NCBI GenBank assembly: GCA_044892525.1
Contig: CM097885.1
Location: 237,834,001-237,898,000 of the forward strand
Length of the DNA stretch: 64,000 bases
Direction of reading: 5' to 3'
DNA from: Schmidtea polychroa
Taxonomy: Eukaryota
A program made the translations under genes and the position numbers. Positions 11,651 through 21,612 of the stretch are shown here, in pieces (the stretch's first letter is position 1; each line of letters starts with the position of its first letter). Below the pieces are notes generated by a model, which was given only the letters and a program-made list of their open reading frames with translations, did not search any database and was not told the origin of the DNA.

Positions 11651-13592
11651 ATTGACAGGTAATTGGTGGAAATGCACAAAAGCACATGCGATGAAAAAGC
11701 AACTAGAAATACTAGTGTGGGAATGGCACCGGAAACAACGAAAATATCAAGGAACCAAACAAGAACGAGAAAGTATCCACAATGACAAAAAAGAGATAAT
11801 TAAAAAATACGAAGAGATGATCAAAGCGACAAATGTCGAGGACGACATTTTTGGGAAAACCCCGGGTGAGAGGAATGACGATAATGACGACGACGAAAGG
11901 ATGGGAGATAACGATAACAATCCAGAGGAAAACGACAGAGAACAAAATCCGGAGGGCGGAGAAACAACGGATGATGATGAGGAGTTGGAAGAAGACGAAG
12001 ATGACCAATGTCGAGGTGAAGATCAAGGATTCGACAAAACAGAAAACAAAAAACGAAAGTCCCCACTACATAGTATAGTGTTTCGAAATCAAATCCAGCC
12101 AATCCTACTACAAAGAATACTTACAATAATAACATCTATCTGTTTAACGGAAACAAAAAATATGAGAATCGTAAGAGAAGCTTTCCAAGAAGGCGAAGTA
12201 TTTATGATAAAAGTCAGCGATTACGACGGAAACGCCGTCGGAATATGTGTTCAACTGATGGAAGGAACAGGAGTAAGTTGTGATTTCAGATCAATAACAA
12301 AAGGAAAGATTTTTAGCAGCCAAAAAAGAGACCCCAGGCTATGCGGAGATTATGATATCTGTAGAGACATATCAACAGAGGAAATGGAGCTAGAAAGAGT
12401 CAATGAAACCGGAGTACATTTCCAACTCAACATTTTGGAAGAAGGTATTGAAATTGAAGATAAAGGGAGTCGATCGATTACACATGTATGCATCAGAGAA
12501 GACAGAGACATATGCATAGTAACAGATATGACACAAGACCACAAATTCTTCTGGGGAGAGGTCAAACCAAATACCCCTACTGTGGTATGCGCAGGAACAC
12601 AAGGGATAGTAGTATGTTAAGAAACAAGAACTGCACCAAGAAACGACAAACCAAGGAGTATGGCAATTAAACAAGGTCCACTGATGGAGATAACAACCAA
12701 GAAGCCAAATAAATCAGTTAGTACAAAAACAACAACAGAGCAAAACCAAACTGAATTAACAACAACAGCAACATGGATTAATGAAGTGATTAAGGATGAA
12801 AGACGGGAAGTGCAGGTAACGATCAACCTCAACAAGAAAGGGGAAGAGGTAATTACAGTCAAAAACCAAGAAGGAGAACCAATCATAAGGATATGTATAA
12901 TGGATAAGACGGGAATAATTGACTGTACAACAAAACCAATAGACAAAGGTGCAGACGTCAAAATGGAGACAAGAAAACGGAAAGAGCGATACCAAGTATG
13001 TATCCTTAAGAAAGGAAAAGAAACCAGCGTATGTCAGCCAATAACTCGACGAAAAGCTCAATTAACAAACATGCCATGGATACCCCGAGATCGAGAAGGG
13101 GGAGAGAAACGGGAAAATCACAGTCACTTAACAGAGAAAGAGAAGGAACGACTACATCAAGCATTCAAGAAAATCAAAGCACCAGAAACGAATACCACGG
13201 GTAGTGCAATATTAACGACAGAAAAAACGAATAATGGAACAACGATAATCACCAAGATGATATGGATAACTAGCGCGATAGTAAGTACGATAATAGCGTT
13301 AGCAATGATTCAATGGACAAGAACCACCAAAAGGTGTAAACAAAAACCGAGAAACCGAAGAAAATGGCCAAAGGTAGAAAAATTTGAATACGGTATTCCA
13401 ACGGAGAATCTGAATCTAGAAGAATACGAGGTGGTAGAGGATTCCGGATCCAGCGGATTGTGGATGTCGGAATTACCAAGAATACCCACACCTAACGAAT
13501 GGGCACATGAAGTCGATATATACCGACTAACGGACGAAAGATATGGGGGGATGCGCACGTTGCACTCCGGCCCCATGGCGACACTGGTATAA
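11445..13592 (+). pseudogene. Polyprotein C-terminus: acidic linker plus putative type I membrane protein with Cys-pair repeats (in-frame stop at 12618-12620)
   Basis: ORFs 11445 and 12660 share a frame; hydrophobic ILLQRILTIITSICLT; five Cys-pair units; TM MIWITSAIVSTIIALAMIQW followed by a basic tail. Confidence 0.55.
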
Positions 13593-13741
13593 CAAGAGGA
13601 GGAGTTGTTGTAAATAATGTATAAATGAAATGATAAAAGTAGTGATAATAGTAGTAGTATGTACAAAATAAAAATAGTAAAATTAAAACAATATGTAGAA
13701 AAATCAAAAACAAGTATGATGACCATGTATTATAAATAGGA

Positions 13742-14197
13742 ATGAACCAGAGAAACGAAGAGCAAGAACACCCAAATGGGATACCACATGTTGTCGAAGT
13801 AAGAGAACAGCCGCTAATGAATGTACATCCAGTGGACATGGTGGAGATGAACGTGCCAAATCAGCTTAGTCAGCCAACAGGATCCATGTGGAGGGCACAA
13901 TGTGAATTAATGACCCAATTGACAAATCAAACTCAAGAACATTGGGTAAGAAATCAAATGGCGTTGATAGAGAGCATTAATAGAAACGCAATATATATTA
14001 CAAAAATAGAGGAGCAACATCAAATAATCGCGCAACTAGAATATAATAACAATCAGTTAATAAGCCAAATCAGATGGCAAGCGGAAGAAATTAGGAGGTT
14101 GCATGAAAATCGACAACATGATGATATTGCCAGTTTAGTCGAGTGGATGACCGGACTGCCAGGAACTGGAGAACCGGACTCGACGGTAGATGTATAG
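13742..14197 (+). CDS. Accessory ORF, predicted coiled coil, unknown function
   Basis: 151 aa ATG ORF with heptad-like Q/E/L pattern, bounded by AT-rich spacers. Confidence 0.55.
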   Translation: MNQRNEEQEHPNGIPHVVEVREQPLMNVHPVDMVEMNVPNQLSQPTGSMWRAQCELMTQLTNQTQEHWVRNQMALIESINRNAIYITKIEEQHQIIAQLEYNNNQLISQIRWQAEEIRRLHENRQHDDIASLVEWMTGLPGTGEPDSTVDV

Positions 14198-14329
14198 GGG
14201 AGAAAGGAGTAAAATGTAAATAATCTTGTAAATAAATAGAGTTATAACCAAGTAGAATCCCAAGATTAAAAGTTGTCATTGTAGAATGCAAAACAAAGAG
14301 GAAGAGAACTGACAACCGAGGAACTACCA

Positions 14330-14785
14330 ATATTACCATACATGTAGAGAATCCAAGGAATAACAGAAATAATGGAGCGAGCAAAGCAAGGAACCCAGAC
14401 AACGATAGTGAGCAAACCATTCTACGTCAAGAAACATGGATACAAGATGAAATTGAGATGGTTTCCAAATGGCGAGGGAAATTTTAAAGATCGGTACATG
14501 TCTTTATTTATGCAAATCTGTAAAGGAGACTTCGATGACCTAATAGTCTGGCCATTTCGACATAAATTAAAAATATCTCTCTTAGGAAGAGAACGGACAC
14601 ACATAACATACTGTCGAGCATCAAGTCCAGCATGGAATAAACCAACTACAGAGGTTAATACCGCGGTAGGAGCAGGAGAATTTATGCAGCTATACCAGTT
14701 CAATGAAGGTTCCTACATAGAAAAGGACACGATATTCTTCCTAATCGAACTAGCGGAGGAAGGACTAACAATAGAAATACGATAG
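14330..14785 (+). pseudogene. Stand-alone TRAF-type MATH domain protein
   Basis: PYM*RIQG (W to stop)..SKPFYVKKHGYKMKLRWFPNGEG..YMSLFMQICKGDFDDLIVWPF..YIEKDTIFF. Confidence 0.85.
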
Positions 14786-15092
14786 TCGGATAGAGAGAAA
14801 TTGTAAATATTTTGTAAAAACAATGTAAAGTAAATATAAAGTTATTGTATAAAGTAAAGTAACTCACCAAAACCATAAAAATTAGAAAAAGAAAAAATAC
14901 AAAAAAGAAATGATGAAATTTATTATAGATGATTAATCGAGAGAGACCAAATATCCGAAAAAAAACGATCACAGTGAGAGAGGGAGAAGACGATACGCCA
15001 TCTAGAGAGAGAGACTGAGAGATGCGGAAGTTAGCGAAACAAAACCAAGTGGTTTCGCGTATTATCGAAGGGAAACGATTATAGTTTAGTAC

Positions 15093-16105
15093 ATGGAAAT
15101 TTGAAGCAGGGGAGTAATGAGCAATTCAGATGTGAGAACCAGAGATACCTGTCATTTGAACACCAGACCATTTTCACCAAGGAACAGAGCCGAGCGCTAG
15201 CACTCAACGGATTTTTCTTCTCCGGAAAACCAGAGATACCCGATCAAGTAACGTGTCGTTTCTGTAACGGGAAATTGGCAGAATGGAAAAAAGGAGAGCA
15301 CCCAAAGGAAGAACATCGTAAACGATTTCCAACTTGTCCATTCGTAATGGGATTTGATGTGCACAACAAACCAGAAATCAAATACGAAGCCTTGGAGAAA
15401 TTGAAAACTGAAGACGAAAAAGGAGGGAAAATGACAATCGCGATAACCAGAATCGTTGACGAATATGTTCCAACTTGTGAAGGTGAATTCCTCACGTAAA
15501 TAGCAGATAATAGAATGAAAACGTTCGGAGATGATACGAGAGGACCTGAACTAGCAATAAGAGGATTCTACCTAACGGAAAAGCAAATACTAAAGTGTGA
15601 AAGATGCGAAAGTCAACAGAGATTACCAGAAAAAGGCATACCAGAAATTAGACATCAAGCCTGGTGCCTATATCACAACGAACAAGAAACCGAATATCCA
15701 GAAGTACTAGTAACAGAGGAAGAGGTTGACGAAGTTGTAGACAAGCCCAACATGCGCAGAGCGTTGAAAGCAGCCAGAATAGGCACGACAAGGGTAAAGA
15801 AAATGATTAGAGAGAAACTACAGAAAAACGTGCGTATACCAACAACAACGTACGATATGATCAGAGCAATAACTCAGTATAGAGAAAAACCTGAAACAAA
15901 AATGAAAGAAGAATCAATGGTCAAAGCAGCTATCTTACGAGATGTCAAATGTACTATGTGTTGGGAGAGGAGTGTAGAAGTTATTCATATGCCATGCGGA
16001 CATTTGATCGCATGTGCCACGTGTAGTAGAAAAGTAAAGGAATGTCCAATGTGTAGACAGAGGATTGCGCAGCGAATTAAAGGATTTCGCTACGCCGATC
16101 AATAA
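15093..16105 (+). pseudogene. Inhibitor of apoptosis (IAP): BIR, degenerate BIR, C-terminal RING; in-frame stop at 15497-15499
   Basis: ENQRYLSF..LALNGFFFSG..DQVTCRFCNGKLAEWKKGEHPKEEHRKRFPTCPF; second RMKTF..LAIRGFY..CERC..HQAWC; RING CTMCWERSVEVIHMPCGHLIACATCSRKVKECPMCR; ORFs 15101 and 15515 in the same frame. Confidence 0.92.
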
Positions 16106-16220
16106 CAAAAATTAAAATTCCGTGTATAAAGTGTAGATAATAAATGTATGAAATAATAGTAGTAGTAATAGTGTAATTATTCAGAAATGGAAGTATAAAT
16201 ACCTAGGAAGTCAAACTCAA

Positions 16221-17132
16221 GTGCTTTATTGGAAAATCAGTAGCAAGGAACAACTGCGATTACGAAAAGCAGACCAAGAAATTTACGAAACAAGGGCTAC
16301 ACAGCGAGAGGAAGAGGAAGTAGAGTGGAGAAAACGACAGCAGAAATTTGAGGAAACCGAAAAGTGTCTCAAGCATCAAGCCCGACAATGGAAAAAGAAT
16401 TGGAAAGAGACCAAAGAGGAGTTAAGACAGTTGCCAATGAAACTGATAGAAAGAGACGAATTTAAAATGTGGGAAACGATAGAAAACCAAAAAGATGAGA
16501 TCAGCCGATTGAGTAGAGAGCATAGAATTAAAACGCGGACCAGCGACGGTAGACAGAGAATCATAAAGAAACAGACTCGAGAGATAAGAAGGTATGAATA
16601 TCAGGAAAAGAGATGGGAACAACAATTAACAGACCAAGATAGACAGATCCGGCAATTACAAACCGAGGTAGAGGAAGCCAATCAAGAGATGAACGGATAT
16701 AAAGGTATGTACACCCAAAGGGATGTGAATTGGAAGCACCAGATTGAGCTTAATGCGAAATGTAGAGAGGAGTGCGATAAGGCAATTCAACAAGCCAAAC
16801 AGGAAACTGAAATAATAAAACGATGCTTCGAAGAAAATGAAGCGAATCTGAGGGCAGAAATCGAGAAGCTAATAGCGCTGGAAAGAACCCAACGATTGGA
16901 AGAGGAATTAGACGAAATGATAGAAAACGAAAGTAGATTAACGTTTTTGTTGGATGAGGAAATAAACATCTCAACGGAATTGCGGGAGGAAGTAGATCGG
17001 TTAAGGAGACAACCACCAATATTATTAATGCCACTCTACCCGTTCCCGTTGCAAGTGCCACCGCCTGCCGAAGTCACAACAGATGAAGGCTTCGAAGAAA
17101 ATAACGAACAAAATAATGCAACATGGATTTAG
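16221..17132 (+). CDS. Accessory coiled-coil protein, unknown function
   Basis: 303 aa E/K/R/Q-rich ORF with a Pro-rich C-terminus. Confidence 0.55.
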   Translation: MLYWKISSKEQLRLRKADQEIYETRATQREEEEVEWRKRQQKFEETEKCLKHQARQWKKNWKETKEELRQLPMKLIERDEFKMWETIENQKDEISRLSREHRIKTRTSDGRQRIIKKQTREIRRYEYQEKRWEQQLTDQDRQIRQLQTEVEEANQEMNGYKGMYTQRDVNWKHQIELNAKCREECDKAIQQAKQETEIIKRCFEENEANLRAEIEKLIALERTQRLEEELDEMIENESRLTFLLDEEINISTELREEVDRLRRQPPILLMPLYPFPLQVPPPAEVTTDEGFEENNEQNNATWI

Positions 17133-17271
17133 TTGAAGAGAGATGTTGCCTGTAAATAAGAATGATTTAAAAAAAAAAAAAAAAAACCAAAAACCAAATA
17201 AAAAATACAAAACCAAAAATTCAAAATAAAAAGAAGACGAAAGGAAATATGATATGTATATTTTTGTAGAT

Positions 17272-17781
17272 ATGAATTATTTAAAAGAAAGAGAATCAAC
17301 GAGTAACGAAAGAAAGTCAAACGACCAACCTGAACAAAGCCAGAATACGATACCAATCAAACAAGAACCGATGAAACATTATAGTAATAAATGGAGAGTC
17401 AGCAAGAATTTATTGAAAACAAAAATTGCAAACCAAATTGTAGAGATTACGAGATTGAGACAGCAAATTGTTCAATCAAGACGATTAATAAACACTGTCA
17501 AGCAAGAAATTTTGAGGGAAACAAATGAATCGAAACGAAAAGAGACAGAAAATAAAAACCTGAGACAGGAGATAGTGGAATTGAGAGCTCAGGCAGTAAT
17601 CGAAGATTATTGGAAATCAGAAACAAGGAAGTTGAAAAAGATTGTAAATGTCGATCAAGTTTATATCGAACAGTTAGAAGCACAATATGCCTATGCCAAA
17701 ACGAGAATGCGAGAAAGTAAACGAGTCGAGAAGAGAAATGTAAAACTCAAGGAAGAGATCAAAGAACAAAGAGAAGCCTAA
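17272..17781 (+). CDS. Accessory coiled-coil protein, possibly frameshift-joined to the next ORF
   Basis: ORF follows TTTTTGTAG-AT-ATG; heptad pattern. Confidence 0.5.
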   Translation: MNYLKERESTSNERKSNDQPEQSQNTIPIKQEPMKHYSNKWRVSKNLLKTKIANQIVEITRLRQQIVQSRRLINTVKQEILRETNESKRKETENKNLRQEIVELRAQAVIEDYWKSETRKLKKIVNVDQVYIEQLEAQYAYAKTRMRESKRVEKRNVKLKEEIKEQREA

Positions 17782-18755
17782 TCGTGGTGATGATTATAAT
17801 GACAATGCCAAGAAGCCTGCAAGCTGAAGAATCAATGATTAGATGCCAGAAAGAATACCCATACCGAAGAGAAGATAGCACATGTAGTAGCTTTAAATCA
17901 ATCTGCGAAAAACCCAATGAGGAATGCGAACAAATCAAGTTGTAATGTTCGCAATGTCCACCAACAACCGAAAGTTCGACGGAAGTGCAAATGGCTCAGA
18001 CAATAAAAACAGTCTTAGAACAAGAACTGAAAGTTATCAGAACCCAGACAGCAACATTAGCCAAACAATGTCAAAATCAGAAATCGAAGAGAGAATCCCA
18101 AACAGATCCATCCGCAATGAGAATGATGGTAATAATATTAGAGGAAATAAAACAACAGGTAACAACAGCCGCCAATGGACATTTAAGCAATTGCGAAATA
18201 GTAGTGAAATCTTTAGAGGAAATGAGAGGAAAAATAATTTCCACCATCAAAGAGGAACCCAGCATTAAAAATGAGGTAACGAAAACCTTGAAAGAAATGA
18301 CAAGAGAAATCCTAACTACCATAAACAAAAACCCAATGAACTCCGAGAAGATGATTAAAACCCTAGAGGAAATAAAGAAAGTTGTCACCTCGGAAGAAAA
18401 CAAAGTCAACAAACCCGAAAAATCAGAAATTACAGATACAACCCAATTGGGAGAAATGATAAACAAACCCAAAGTAGTAGAACTAAGAGAATCTGAACCC
18501 CTCACAATATTGATCCTATTAGCGGCAAGCCTGATGATAAACATTTCCGTACTGGGCCTGATTGCACTCAAACCCAATTCCAGTAAAGCAAGAAACAAAA
18601 CCCTCAAACTAAAAGAACAATCAAGAAGTATTCGTATCCCAATGGAAGAACAGCTAACCCAAACAACGAACCAACCAAGATACTTCAAATCTTCCCCAAA
18701 CATTGAAACCAGAGCAGTCATCGAGACGAGATCCCGAACAACCGAATTCTATTAA
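17778..18755 (+). pseudogene. Putative TNF-receptor-like type I membrane protein (TACI/BCMA/Grindelwald-style Cys-rich domain, stalk, TM); in-frame stop at 17943
   Basis: Frame upstream of ORF 17985 reads LIVVMIIMTMPRSLQAEESMIRCQKEYPYRREDSTCSSFKSICEKPNEECEQIKL*CSQC; TM LTILILLAASLMINISVLGLIAL; tail IPMEEQ. Confidence 0.45.
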
Positions 18756-19949
18756 TGTGACAAGACGACAGTATAAACATTTCGTGACATTATAGAACAT
18801 TATCAAACAATTGTGATTTCAAAGACTGAGACTGATTATGACTAATAACATTGATTCTTGAGCATGATAATTTAATTTTATGTGGACCGACTTCGGTCGT
18901 TCTTTTTCTTCATCTTTCAACCCATCTGTAAAATGTAGTGTAATAGTAGCCTTTTTATGTATGTGGATATTGAGGTCACGTCCCTGTAGCTCGTGGACCC
19001 AATTTGCATGTAGGCACTTGTAATATAGTGCAAGTATTCTGAAAATAATTTTCTTCATCTTATGATTTAAATTGCGGGTCGCAATTTTATGGGCCCCCAA
19101 GTGTTTTATGTTGGGCTAGAACTGACTTCTAGACCCAAATTTCTAATTGTGACCGAAATGTGTAGGTACACAGCATGCAAAAAGCAAAAAGTATAGTTAA
19201 ATATTAAAAACTACACCAAATAATCAATAGTAATTAAAGGAAAAAACAACAAAAACCTAAAACACAGAAATTAAATAAAAATTATACAAAAACAAGAAGT
19301 TATGCAAAATCTAACTCAAAAATAACCAAATAAACATAGAATTACAAAAAGAAAACTCGAATAACTTAAAAGACGATAAAAACAGTAAAAAGATTCCAGA
19401 AAAACCCAGAACATTCCATAAAATGGCGACGACCATCACAAAAGCCATTTAGAACAATAAAAGTTAGAAAAAATAAATAAATTAGTATTAAAAATAAAAA
19501 ATCTTAAAAAGAAATTCATAGAACAGCAGTTAAAATGAAAATTGTATTAAAAAATAAAATAGAATGTTCTGGAACCGTTCCAAATCCATCATGGACGTAA
19601 AATTAACGAAAAATAACTAAAAAATAAAAATTTAAAAATAAAAACAAAAATTATGGCACAAAAATCGCCACTAAAAATATCAAAATCACGAAATAGAAAA
19701 TTCTGGAATAAAAAGAATTCGAGTTTGTTTTAATGCATCAATACATACACGTGTACAAAATAGGTATATATACCGACGCATTTTCGTCACAATTCAGATA
19801 TTTTTGTATGCCAAAAATTTTTACCGAACCTTCAAGCAGTATTGAAAGTAAGGATGATCGATTATATTTATTGTATAATTATTATTTTATGATATATTAT
19901 ATTGATTTTTGCCCTTTTTTTGTTATCATTTTACTATTACGTAACAAGA

Positions 19950-20540
19950 GTGACCAGCGTCGTCGACGAGTTCGCGAAGCTGATCAGCCTTGTTTCCAAT
20001 GACTATTTTACATGCACGATACGGGTCTACGACCCCACATGCACTAAATTTCATTTTTATTTTAACCGGAAGGTCGCCACGAACAAATGGTTTCTAACCA
20101 GGAGTAGGGCGGTAAATCCATCCAGGTAGTTGGCATAGTCGCAGGGACTATGCGGACGAAATAAAATGCGGGCAAGTAATCGCGGGAAACATATTACAAT
20201 AAGGCCTATCGTACCGTATTCAGTTGAATCGGGAAAGTAGGAAAATTTTAATTAATTCGACCTTCCGGTAACAACATATCTAAAATACACACTCAACTAT
20301 TCCATAGGAATACATCATTAAGAAAATCTAAAATGGGAAATGTCCCAGACTTAAATCACTACAACGATTTTTAAGTAGTCGGCTAATTGCACAAACCATC
20401 CAATTATTTGGTATACCTAATGTTGAATATTGTTAATAAACTTTGTTGATATTATTGATAATTTTATTGATCAGAAAATTAGCACTCAATAACTTGAATC
20501 TAAGAAAATTTCAATGTTATAATCAATTAGTTTACCATGA
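19950..20540 (+). repeat. Dispersed non-coding repeat, copy A (inverted diverged copy at ~40830-41415)
   Basis: Shared blocks CAGCCTTGTTTCCAA, GGGTCTACGACCCCACATGCACTAAA, GGTCGCCACGAAC, ACCAGGAGTAGGGCGG, GGTAGTTGGCATAGTC.CAGGGACTATGCGGACGAA. Confidence 0.85.
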
Positions 20541-20689
20541 GCTATCGAATATTAATATCCAGATTATCGGGATGATAGACACTAACTCTTAAATGTATAT
20601 GTACTGAAGTCCAGTTAATTTTTACAATCTATATTGACCCAAGCTTTTGTGAGTTTATAATCCATTGCGTTGTATCATTATCGCCTAAT

Positions 20690-21495
20690 ACTAATTAGAT
20701 ATCCTCAAATTATAAACCCATTTTATCGTATATTATAAAATTTTAAAATCCATTTTATTCTCAAACTGTAAAGTCATATATCCATTCAATGAATTATTCC
20801 CATTCGATATTATTTATATATCAAAAATGCAAATCCATTTATTGTATAAACCATCATTTAAGATTATTTAGATATCATAAACTGTTAAATCCATTTTACT
20901 GTAATATCATCACTTAATAGTAATTAGATGCCATCAAATCGTAAATCCATTTTAGTGTATATTATAAAATTTTAAATCCATTTTATTCTCAAACTGTAAA
21001 GTCACATATCCATTTTATTATATTATTCCCATTCAATATTATTTATATATCAAAAAACCCAAATCCATTTATTGTATTAACCATCATTTAAGATTACTTG
21101 GGTATCAAAAAATTTTAAATCCATTTTGCTGTAATATCATCACTTAGTAGTAATTAGATACCATCAAACCATAAATCCATTTTGTTGCATATTATAAAAT
21201 TTTAACTCCATTTTGTCCTCAAACGGTAAAGTTGTATATCCATTTTATCGTATTATTCTCATTCAATATTATTTATATATCAAAAACCCAAATCCATTTA
21301 TTGTATTAACTATCATTTAAGATTATTCACATATCATAAAATGTTAAATCCTTTTTATTGCATCATTATCACTTAATATTAACCAAATACCACCAAATTA
21401 TAAATCCATTTTATTTTAAACTGTAAAGTCATATATCCATTTGATTGTATTATTCTCATCCAATATTATTTATATATCATAAAAACCCAAACCCT
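20690..21495. repeat. Tandem repeat, ~230 bp unit, ~3.5 copies, with internal AAATCCATTTT sub-repeats
   Basis: (CTC)AAAC(T/G)GTAAAGT-anchored units at ~20760, ~20988, ~21218, ~21415. Confidence 0.85.
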
Positions 21496-21612
21496 TGATA
21501 CAGTACCAACGTTGATTGCTCAACGGGTATCAAGTGGTCAGCTATAAATTGTATCCTGGGTTACGCTGGAAACAGCATGAGGAGGTAAAGATTTTTCAGT
21601 ACCTGTAACCCA

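Larger units (their letters stand above)
1..18755 (+). mobile_element. Giant env-bearing Ty3/gypsy LTR retrotransposon, internal region (5' part outside window; 3' boundary uncertain, possibly ~21612), decayed copy
   Basis: Collinear + strand ORFs with PR-RT-RNaseH-IN in gypsy order (7097-10700), flanked by accessory domains; uniform A/purine-rich strand bias; multiple in-frame stops and frameshifts. Confidence 0.9.

Noticed and set aside
952..18721. Many minus-strand ORFs over the giant element
   Set aside because: Shadow ORFs rich in S/F/L/I caused by the A-rich coding strand; no domains
21494..21612. Hammerhead or HDV-like ribozyme
   Set aside because: No CUGANGA/GAAA hammerhead core in the right places; HDV P1.1/L3/P2 pattern not satisfied on either strand by eye
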